A stretch of 64,000 nucleotides of DNA from Patescibacteria group bacterium UBA3466 (lineage in GTDB: Bacteria; Patescibacteriota; Minisyncoccia; Phycocordibacterales; UBA918): contig DFRJ01000002.1 of the NCBI GenBank assembly GCA_002378195.1, forward strand, positions 22,911 to 86,910, given 5' to 3'. Both the position numbers and the translations under genes were made by a program. Below are positions 1 to 6,844 of this stretch, piece after piece. A model generated the notes under the pieces. It worked only from the letters and a program-made list of their open reading frames with translations, was not told the DNA's origin and ran no database searches. The stretch's first letter is position 1; each line of letters opens with the position of its first letter.

Positions 1-443
1 TGCTTAGCACTGCGTTGACTGTATTTACTTCTAGCACCATTTTATTCATTGCTCTATTTGGAGTAGTGGCAGGAGAACGTCGTTTTCAGCGACGTTTTTT
101 TGCTGCTGGTATTAGAGGGTGGTTTGATAGGGTAGTGGAAGCGGTGAGTGGTTGGTTGTTCAGAAGTTGGGAGCATTTCAGTAAGTACATCATTCAGTTG
201 AATTGGTATTACAGTATTCATGGAATTCTGAAGGCGATGCTTAAAATGTTGGTTAAGTTTTATACCTACTTTGAAGATCTGTTTGAACGCAATCGTGCTC
301 GAACGAAACAGCTGCGGGCCGAGAAACGGCAACTTAGTGAGTATAGTCACCTACAGCAAATGGCTGAACACAAGAAGGAGACTACTCTGACAGACGCTCA
401 AAAAGAACGATTGAAGAAGAAGCATTTGGAGGGGAAGATGTAA
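1..443 (+). CDS. Partial CDS (3' end), hypothetical membrane protein with basic coiled-coil C-terminus; reading frame is open to the window edge
   Basis: ORF track 15..443 starts on an alternative start codon (TTG) and the frame has no stop back to position 3. Hydrophobic N-terminal segment, Lys/Arg/Glu-rich C-terminus. An intrinsic terminator follows. Confidence 0.4.
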   Translation, partial: LSTALTVFTSSTILFIALFGVVAGERRFQRRFFAAGIRGWFDRVVEAVSGWLFRSWEHFSKYIIQLNWYYSIHGILKAMLKMLVKFYTYFEDLFERNRARTKQLRAEKRQLSEYSHLQQMAEHKKETTLTDAQKERLKKKHLEGKM

Positions 444-450
444 AAGAAAA

Positions 451-477
451 GGCCGGCGCGAAGCGCCGGCCTTTTCT
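451..477 (+). terminator. Rho-independent terminator (GGCCGGCGC-gaa-GCGCCGGCC + TTTTCTC)
   Basis: Perfect 9-bp GC stem with 3-nt loop followed by a T-run, directly after the stop at 443. Confidence 0.75.
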
Positions 478-478
478 C

Positions 479-506
479 GGAGCCATCTGTATCAAGATAC
501 AAATGG
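479..506 (-). repeat. Copy A of a ~28-nt hairpin element beginning with the tRNA-Thr 3'-terminal 12-mer (ggagccatctgt)
   Basis: ggagccatctgtatcaagatacaaatgg. The first 12 nt are identical to the + strand of the tRNA-Thr acceptor/3' end at 716-727. The internal inverted repeat is TGTATC..GATACA. Confidence 0.55.
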
Positions 507-556
507 TCTGCGTTCGGTCATAAAAATGAATAAACTCATTTTTGCGACGCTCACTT

Positions 557-584
557 GAGCCATCTGTATCTTGATACAGATTGG
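557..584 (-). repeat. Copy B of the same hairpin element (gagccatctgtatcttgatacagattgg), with a perfect 9-bp stem
   Basis: Shares gagccatctgtatc..gataca..at.gg with copy A. ATCTGTATC/GATACAGAT is a perfect inverted repeat. Confidence 0.55.
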
Positions 585-598
585 CCTCATTCGGAAAT

Positions 599-621
599 AA
601 GTCTGACTTAAAGTCAGACTT
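599..621 (-). terminator. Perfect palindrome AAGTCTGACTT/AAGTCAGACTT; probable hairpin or terminator downstream of the tRNA
   Basis: 23-nt perfect inverted repeat seen directly in the sequence; an A-rich run precedes it on + (T-rich after it on -). Confidence 0.4.
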
Positions 622-632
622 CGAAGAAATCA

Positions 633-670
633 AAAGTCGCAAAAGAAAGTTAACTTTCTTTTGCGACTTT
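633..670 (-). terminator. Very long perfect hairpin (18-19 bp stem AAAGTCGCAAAAGAAAGTT/AACTTTCTTTTGCGACTTT); probable intrinsic terminator for the minus-strand tRNA-Thr
   Basis: Perfect inverted repeat. On the minus strand it is followed by TTTTGATTTCT (+ strand agaaatcaaaa at 625-635). Confidence 0.5.
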
Positions 671-715
671 CGCTCCTTCTTATGTTCTCTCGAACATAAT
701 TATTTCTCTCATCTC

Positions 716-790
716 GGAGCCATCTGTCGGGCTCGAACCGACGACCTACGGTTTACAAAACCGTTGCTCTACCAACTGAGCTAAGATGGC
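716..790 (-). tRNA. tRNA-Thr (anticodon UGU), 73 nt plus encoded CC
   Basis: The reverse complement folds by hand into a cloverleaf. Acceptor stem GCCATCT/AGATGGC, D-arm GCTC-AGTTGGTA-GAGC, anticodon stem ACGGT/ACCGT with loop TTTGTAA (U33, anticodon TGT, A37). Variable loop AGGTC, T-arm GTCGG-TTCGAGC-CCGAC, discriminator U. Confidence 0.85.
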
Positions 791-799
791 TTTAATGAC

Positions 800-1221
800 G
801 AACATCCTATCAGAAATGAAACAATAATACCAGTGCGTAAAGTTGTGTTCACAAAACAGTGTGATAGTGTACTTGGTGAATAGTTCTTTCGAACGACTGC
901 CCGTAAAAAGGGGTCAAGAGGGTAACACCCAGATGTGTAGCTAAGGTTAGGCACTGCCAACCTCGAGAGGTTGGGGTTAGTATCGAACGTACAGCTTTGC
1001 TGACATTGCTCAAGATAGAATCCGGAGCGCAACCAATGGTGCTACTGGTCCGGATACCGAAGCTCTAAGTTCATGATTTATGCGTATGTGACGATGTACG
1101 TAATGTGGTTCACCGATCGAGACACATGTGTGATCGAGTGCGACACCAGCTGTTGCCAAGCGATAAGCTGTCGCGAGGTAGACGTTGAAATCAATGTAGC
1201 GGTAGAGAGAACTATTCACTT
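800..1221 (+). other. Unassigned non-coding region with no credible ORF and no recognisable RNA-family motif; candidate structured ncRNA or long cis-regulatory leader
   Basis: About 420 bp with only short low-complexity ORFs on the minus strand and several local hairpins (e.g. AACCTC/GAGGTT, ATCCGGA..TCCGGAT). It ends in a strong intrinsic terminator at 1222-1262. RNase P P4, tmRNA tRNA-like end and SRP domain IV motifs were looked for and not found. Confidence 0.2.
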
Positions 1222-1262
1222 GCCCAGCAGGTCTGTATGACTGCTGGGCATTTCATTTTTAT
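1222..1262 (+). terminator. Rho-independent terminator (GCCCAGCAG-gtctgtatga-CTGCTGGGC + ATTTCATTTTTAT)
   Basis: Perfect 9-bp stem followed by a T-rich tract, about 90 nt upstream of the GT2 gene start. Confidence 0.65.
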
Positions 1263-1347
1263 ATATTTAGACACACTTAAAATGTGTGTCGAACTGCTTA
1301 AAATCGCTTTATTTTAGACCTAAATAGGTATATACTCGCTGATACTT

Positions 1348-2904
1348 ATGGAGGTAGATAAGTCGCATTTGCTACCGTATGCTCAAAGAGCTGATTTCAA
1401 GGTCGCTCGGGCAAATGAACTTTCGGGGAAAGACCGGAGGTTTTTTCGCTTTCTAGAAATTGTGCCGGGTGTAGCGGCTTGGGGCACTATCGTTGGAATC
1501 ATCTTGGCTTCAATGTATGCACCATTTTATGCCGCATACTTCATTATTGCTTTCTCTATTTATTGGGTGCTCAAAACCTTCTTTTTGTCGGTGCATGTTC
1601 GCTACAACTGGAAGCGTCTGAAGCATCACATGGAGCTAGACTGGTCTCAGCTGGTCAAACGTTTTAAATATGAAGACAAGTATCACCTAGTTATTTTTCC
1701 TTTTTATAAAGAACCACGAGAGGTTTTAGAGGGTACTTTGAAGGGTCTCAAGGAAGCAAAGTATAATAAACAAAAACTAATTGTCGTATTGGCGGCTGAA
1801 GAGCGGGCAGGGGAAGAAGCTACTCAGTTGGCTAAAGAAATGGAGGAAAAATTTGGTGCTGATTTTGGACATTTTATCGTCACTGTTCATCCAGATGATA
1901 TTGCTGGTGAGATTGCTGGTAAGGGTTCAAATACCCACTACGCTTTGCATCAGGTAAAGCAGAGAGTGATTGATATTGAAAATATTCCGCATAAGGATAT
2001 TTTGGTGTCTATTTTTGATATTGATACGGTCATCTATCCCGACTACTTCAACTGTCTTGTTTGGCACTTCATGACTGCAGAAAATCCCTACAAAAGTGCG
2101 TTTCAGCCGGTGCCTCTCTTTACCAATAATCTCTGGGAAGCTACCGCCGTGTCGCGTGTGATGGCTATGTCCAGCACGTTTTGGCAAATGATTATGCAGG
2201 AACGCCCAGATAAGGCGGCTACGTTCTCTTCACACTCAGTGAGCTTTCAGGCTTTATATGAGATTGGATACGGCCAGCCAAATGTGGTTAGTGAAGATTC
2301 GCGGATCTATTGGAATTTGCTGGTGGCCAACAATGGTCAGTTTGATGTGGTGTCGCTATCCTACCCAATCGCTATGGATGCCACCACTGCTCCGACTTTT
2401 TGGGGGACGTTACAAAATATTTATCGCCAACACCGACGTTGGACATATGGTGTAGAAAACTGGTGTTACTTGATTTATCACTTCACTAAGAATAAAGCGA
2501 TTCCTCTCAGACGAAGATGGTCGATTGCTTTGTTGCAGGGTGAGGGTTACTGGTCTTTGGTAACCAACCCAATCATGTTGTTTATCCTAGGCTGGGCACC
2601 AATTTTTCTCGGTACTAGAGAGTTTCACGATACTGTTTTGTCTTACGAATTACCGATCATGGTGCGTAATCTCCTAATTGTTGCCATGGGTGGATTGGTG
2701 GTTTCGTCGGTTATTTCACTATCACTGACACCGCCTCGACCGGATGGGCATAGTCGGTTTCGCTATGTAGTAATGACTTTGCAGTGGATTATGGTACCAA
2801 TAACCATGATTGTATTTAGTGCTATTCCTGGCTTAGATGCTCAAACTAGGTTAATGTTTGGTAAATACATGGGATTTTGGGTGACACCAAAACGTGAACG
2901 ATAA
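1348..2904 (+). CDS. Processive family-2 glycosyltransferase (cellulose/chitin/hyaluronan-synthase-like), integral membrane
   Basis: N-terminal TM helices, a DxD-like FDIDTV, a TED-like region, and the Q(Q/R)xRW motif QHRRWTYG followed by further TM helices. This is the architecture of processive beta-glycan synthases. Confidence 0.8.
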   Translation: MEVDKSHLLPYAQRADFKVARANELSGKDRRFFRFLEIVPGVAAWGTIVGIILASMYAPFYAAYFIIAFSIYWVLKTFFLSVHVRYNWKRLKHHMELDWSQLVKRFKYEDKYHLVIFPFYKEPREVLEGTLKGLKEAKYNKQKLIVVLAAEERAGEEATQLAKEMEEKFGADFGHFIVTVHPDDIAGEIAGKGSNTHYALHQVKQRVIDIENIPHKDILVSIFDIDTVIYPDYFNCLVWHFMTAENPYKSAFQPVPLFTNNLWEATAVSRVMAMSSTFWQMIMQERPDKAATFSSHSVSFQALYEIGYGQPNVVSEDSRIYWNLLVANNGQFDVVSLSYPIAMDATTAPTFWGTLQNIYRQHRRWTYGVENWCYLIYHFTKNKAIPLRRRWSIALLQGEGYWSLVTNPIMLFILGWAPIFLGTREFHDTVLSYELPIMVRNLLIVAMGGLVVSSVISLSLTPPRPDGHSRFRYVVMTLQWIMVPITMIVFSAIPGLDAQTRLMFGKYMGFWVTPKRER

Positions 2905-4054
2905 TATGGGAGAAGAACCGCAAATTGAACTGCTGTCTCAGCGTCGAAGAAAATTATTATTCCTGTCACTGGTGGCGGTATTTTTGGTGGCGCTGCCCTC
3001 AATGATTTTTTACACCACTGGATATCGCCTTAGTTTTGAGAACGACGCCACTTCTATTGTGACCACTGGTGGAATGTACGTGACGACCGATAATCTAGAA
3101 GTAGATGTTTATTTGGATGAGGAGTTGGTAGAGAGTCCGCGTTTGTTTCAGTCGGCTTATTACCTACAAAGAGTGGAGGAGGGGAAACATCGGGTGGTGG
3201 TACAGAGGTCAGATTTGCAGACTTGGGTAAAAGATTTGCCGGTCGATCCTCGTATCGTGACTGAAGCTGCGGCTTTTAATATGCCACTTCTGCCGCACGT
3301 GCGACCGATTACGGAGTTTGTAACGGAAGAAGATGTTCCAGTCTTTGTTGGAGTAGCTAGTGGAACTGATATGTTTCCGCTGGCTACCTCCACCATACCG
3401 TTTGTGGCGACTTCGACTACGGCCACCTCGACATTTGCTCTAAACGAAGAGTTTATTTTTGTGGAGAGTTTGTTTAGCACCACTTCTTCATCGACTCAAT
3501 CAGTGTTTGAAAGAATGCTGGAAGAGGTAGAAAGATTCCGCTTTGCTACCACCACAGTGGCCACTGCCACTGAAGTAGTTGAAGAGAAGGTAGAATCTGG
3601 TGATCTACAATTGGTTGAACACGATCTAGATATTTACGCAGTTTGGAATGGGGAAGATAAAAACATTCCGTATTATTTCTGTATATCAAGTCAGGCGGGA
3701 AGTACCACCGCTGAGCGCTATGGAGAACACGTGGCCGTAGCTTTTGAAGAGCAGGCGCTATCTACTACTACAACAATCATCATTGATTCAGATCGATTCT
3801 GCCGGAGAGAAATTAAGTTGGACAGGTTACGACAGGACGTATTTTTCTACGATTTCTTTCCGATCAATTCAGACTTGGTCTTACTGCAACTGGAGGACGG
3901 ACTTTACGTGACCGAGATAGATGACCGTGCGTGGCAAAATACACAGCTGCTATACCCGGGCGATAGTATTAGAGTGGTGACGGAAAATAATTCTATCTTT
4001 ATTAAGGAGGATGATAGATACTTTGAGCTGATCACCCAAATTGAACCAGAATAA
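2894..4054 (+). CDS. Hypothetical single-pass membrane protein with Ser/Thr-rich segments, translationally coupled to the GT2 synthase
   Basis: Start overlaps the GT2 stop by 11 nt. One N-terminal TM (LLFLSLVAVFLVALPSMIFY), then a soluble domain and ATSTT low-complexity stretches. No recognised catalytic motif. Confidence 0.55.
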   Translation: MNDNMGEEPQIELLSQRRRKLLFLSLVAVFLVALPSMIFYTTGYRLSFENDATSIVTTGGMYVTTDNLEVDVYLDEELVESPRLFQSAYYLQRVEEGKHRVVVQRSDLQTWVKDLPVDPRIVTEAAAFNMPLLPHVRPITEFVTEEDVPVFVGVASGTDMFPLATSTIPFVATSTTATSTFALNEEFIFVESLFSTTSSSTQSVFERMLEEVERFRFATTTVATATEVVEEKVESGDLQLVEHDLDIYAVWNGEDKNIPYYFCISSQAGSTTAERYGEHVAVAFEEQALSTTTTIIIDSDRFCRREIKLDRLRQDVFFYDFFPINSDLVLLQLEDGLYVTEIDDRAWQNTQLLYPGDSIRVVTENNSIFIKEDDRYFELITQIEPE

Positions 4055-4076
4055 ACCCGTGCTACACTTATAATTC

Positions 4077-4805
4077 ATGAATAAATCAGACGGACACCAA
4101 CACCCATTAACAAAAATGATTGCTGAGATTAACAGTATTTTTGCTGAGATCGGTTTTGTGTTCGCTGATGGTCCTGAGGTCGAGACTGAACACTATAACT
4201 TCGATCGACTCAATGTGCCCAAAGACCATCCGTCGCGCGACATGCAGGATACTTTTTGGTTTAAAGAAAAGGACGTTTCGGAGCCAACCGTACTGCGCAC
4301 ACACACCAGTCCAGTGCAAGCCAGGTATATGGAAACTCATAAAGATAACTTACCAATTAAGATGATTTGTCCGGGTAAGGTGTTTCGCAATGAAGCAACA
4401 GACGCTACTCACGAAGCGCAGTTTCACCAATTGGAGGGATTGCAGATCGGAGAAGGTGTGAGTCTCGGCCACCTCAAGGGAGTAATTGAATATTTCTTCG
4501 AACGCTTTTTAGGTGGCGATGTTGAGGTGCGTTTTCGACCGGGCTTCTTCCCGTTTGTTGAACCAGGGGTGGAGGTGGACATGAAGCTTTTGTCTGGCGA
4601 TTCGCATCTGAAGGGGAAGTGGATTGAGATTATGGGAGCCGGGATGGTTCATCCAAATGTGCTTCGTGACTCAGGTATCGATGCGGAAAAGTATTCTGGT
4701 TTTGCGTTTGGAATGGGGATCGATCGCTTGGCAGTAATGAAATACGGTATTAATGATGTGCGCGATTTATATACCGGAGACTTAAGGTTCGTAAATCAGT
4801 TTTAG
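4077..4805 (+). CDS. pheS: Phenylalanine--tRNA ligase alpha subunit, minimal catalytic core (242 aa)
   Basis: The class II motifs FDRLNVPKDHPSRDMQDTFW and FRNEATDATHEAQFHQLEG and the GMGIDRLAVM C-terminus are typical of PheS. It lacks the usual N-terminal helical extension. Confidence 0.85.
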   Translation: MNKSDGHQHPLTKMIAEINSIFAEIGFVFADGPEVETEHYNFDRLNVPKDHPSRDMQDTFWFKEKDVSEPTVLRTHTSPVQARYMETHKDNLPIKMICPGKVFRNEATDATHEAQFHQLEGLQIGEGVSLGHLKGVIEYFFERFLGGDVEVRFRPGFFPFVEPGVEVDMKLLSGDSHLKGKWIEIMGAGMVHPNVLRDSGIDAEKYSGFAFGMGIDRLAVMKYGINDVRDLYTGDLRFVNQF

Positions 4806-4808
4806 ATT

Positions 4809-6743
4809 ATGAAAGTAAGTTGGGATTGGTTACAAGATTATATTGGTGAAACAGAGCTGACTGCAGAAAAGGCAGCGGAGCTTTTGGGTATGCATTCATT
4901 TGAACTCGAAGGCATCGAGAAGGTGGGTGATGATACTGTGATAGAAGTAGATATTTTACCCAACCGTGCGAGTGATTGTTTGTGCCACCGCGGAATTGCC
5001 AGAGACCTGGCTTCAGTTACTGCTTCGCCACTTGAGAATGATCCTTTGGTAACCGACCCGACACTTACCAGTACTGATCTTATCGACATAAGTATTGCCG
5101 ACCAAGAAGCCTGTCCACGATTTGCTGCTTCGCTTATTACTGAGGTAAAAGTGGGAGAATCGCCAGATTGGCTGAAAGACCGTTTGGAAGCCATTGGTCA
5201 GCGGCCAATTAATAATATTGTTGATGCTACCAACTACGTGATGTTTGCAATCGGGCAACCAATCCACGCTTATGACGCTGACTTGTTCCCACAAGTAGAT
5301 GGGAAGTGGAAGTTTGATATTCGTTTTGCCGAGGCAGGAGAACAAGTGAGCCTGATCCCAGAAGGAGGTAAGGATGAAGAGCGAGTAGTGGAGTGCCAAG
5401 GCACTGAGCTTTTGATTGTTGATGGTTCTAGTAACACCCCGATTGGTCTAGCTGGAGTGAAAGGGGGTAGTTTTGCGGGTGTCCACGCGGGTACCAATAA
5501 AGTGATTATTGAAACCGCTCACTTCCACCCGACAATTACTCGAAAGACAGCTCGTCGATTGGGTATTGTGATCGACGCCAGCAAGCGCTTTGAAAATGAA
5601 CCATCTCGAAAACTGGTCCCATACACACAGCAGGCAGTGTGCGATCTTATTGTTGATATTGCCTCAGCCAAGTACGAAGGAACTGTCGATGTTCTGCTTG
5701 AAGACGTCGCAAACCCTGAGGTGTTTGTATCGCTAGACAAAACAAATGCAGTCCTTGGTCTGGATCTGACAGCTGCAGAGGTGGCAGATATCTTAAATAG
5801 AATTGGTGCAGAGGTGACAGAGATGGAAGGCGGCTTTAAGGTGATTGGTCCTTGGGAGCGCACGGACCTCAATATTCAAGCTGACTTCATTGAGGAAATT
5901 GGCAGGATTCATGGCTATGATCACGTTGCTACCGTCCCTCCAGAAAAGGCAGGTGTGCCAGAGTTAAATAAGCGTCACTACTATAGCGAGCAAATCCGCA
6001 AGACGCTTATAGACCTTGGGTATTCAGAAGTAATTACTTCAAGCTTTAGAAACAAAGACATGGTACAGCTAAAGAGCGCCCTAGCGAGCGATAAGTCATG
6101 CTTGCGATCTGGCCTTACTAAAAACCTCACTGAAGCACTTGATAAAAATGCCGGATTTGCTGATTTACTTGGGAAGCAAGATACAAGAATATTTGAAATC
6201 GGAACGGTGTTTTACCCAGAAGACGGGGGAGTAGGTGAGCACGTTGCACTCGCACTTGGTGCTCGTATCAAGCAGTCTGGCTATTCAGGAAAAGAAGATA
6301 AGTTGATCCAAGCGGCAGCTAGCGCATTGTCAGAAAGTCTTGGAGTGTCGGTTGAATTGAAATCAGATAAGGGTGTCGCGGAGATTAATTTCTCAGAGCT
6401 GTTAAACAAATTGCCTGAACCGACCGCTTACGAAGCAATTGAAGTGGGGAAAGAGATTGCCTATAAGCCATTTTCGGTGTATCAGCATATGTCACGTGAT
6501 ATTGCGATGTGGGTTGACGAAGGGACAGATTCCGAAGAAGTGAAAAGTCTCCTCGCAAAACACGCTGGTGATCTGCTGGTGCGTATCGATCAATTCGATG
6601 AGTTTACTAAAGACGGTCGCACCTCTCTTGGTTTTCGCCTTATTTTCCAAGCTGTTGATCGGACTCTCACCGATGAAGAGATAAATGAGGTCATGGAGAT
6701 TATCTACAAGCAGGTGGCAGAAAAAGGGTGGGAAGTTCGGTAA
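4809..6743 (+). CDS. pheT: Phenylalanine--tRNA ligase beta subunit, short form (644 aa) lacking the N-terminal tRNA-binding OB domain
   Basis: Begins MKVSWDWLQDYI like the bacterial PheT B1 domain. B3/B4 and B5 domains and a C-terminal anticodon-binding-like domain are present. It sits 4 nt after pheS. Confidence 0.85.
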   Translation: MKVSWDWLQDYIGETELTAEKAAELLGMHSFELEGIEKVGDDTVIEVDILPNRASDCLCHRGIARDLASVTASPLENDPLVTDPTLTSTDLIDISIADQEACPRFAASLITEVKVGESPDWLKDRLEAIGQRPINNIVDATNYVMFAIGQPIHAYDADLFPQVDGKWKFDIRFAEAGEQVSLIPEGGKDEERVVECQGTELLIVDGSSNTPIGLAGVKGGSFAGVHAGTNKVIIETAHFHPTITRKTARRLGIVIDASKRFENEPSRKLVPYTQQAVCDLIVDIASAKYEGTVDVLLEDVANPEVFVSLDKTNAVLGLDLTAAEVADILNRIGAEVTEMEGGFKVIGPWERTDLNIQADFIEEIGRIHGYDHVATVPPEKAGVPELNKRHYYSEQIRKTLIDLGYSEVITSSFRNKDMVQLKSALASDKSCLRSGLTKNLTEALDKNAGFADLLGKQDTRIFEIGTVFYPEDGGVGEHVALALGARIKQSGYSGKEDKLIQAAASALSESLGVSVELKSDKGVAEINFSELLNKLPEPTAYEAIEVGKEIAYKPFSVYQHMSRDIAMWVDEGTDSEEVKSLLAKHAGDLLVRIDQFDEFTKDGRTSLGFRLIFQAVDRTLTDEEINEVMEIIYKQVAEKGWEVR

Positions 6744-6844
6744 TATTACACCCCAGATTCGGTCATTTTCCACAAGGAAATGACCGATTTTTTTGGTATA
6801 ATAATTGGCAAATATTATTGATTTTATTACTTATTTTCTGAAAC

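Noticed and set aside
1037-1060. Possible SRP RNA domain IV (ggtgctactggtccggataccgaagc resembles GGUGCUGUUUACCAGGUCCGGAAGGAAGCAGC)
   Set aside because: The conserved GGAA tetraloop/helix-8 core (CCGGAAGGAAGCAGC) is not present; the match is limited to GTCCGGA and a nearby GAAGC. No compatible symmetric-loop hairpin could be drawn.
800-1255. RNase P RNA or tmRNA next to the tRNA
   Set aside because: No P4 strands (AGUCCGGG / ACAGAAcCCGGCUUA) and no tRNA-like 3' end (GGUUCGAaUCC...CUCCACCA) on either strand. The region is left as unassigned ncRNA candidate.
2258-2455. Numerous short ORFs internal or antisense to rpoB, rpoC, dnaE, gyrB, pheT, rnr, the GT2 gene and others (e.g. 3160..3483-, 4838..5194-, 17219..17527+, 37385..37842-, 40516..40710-, 58285..58581-)
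   Set aside because: They lie entirely inside, or antisense to, strongly supported housekeeping CDSs and show low-complexity composition; judged to be six-frame artifacts.
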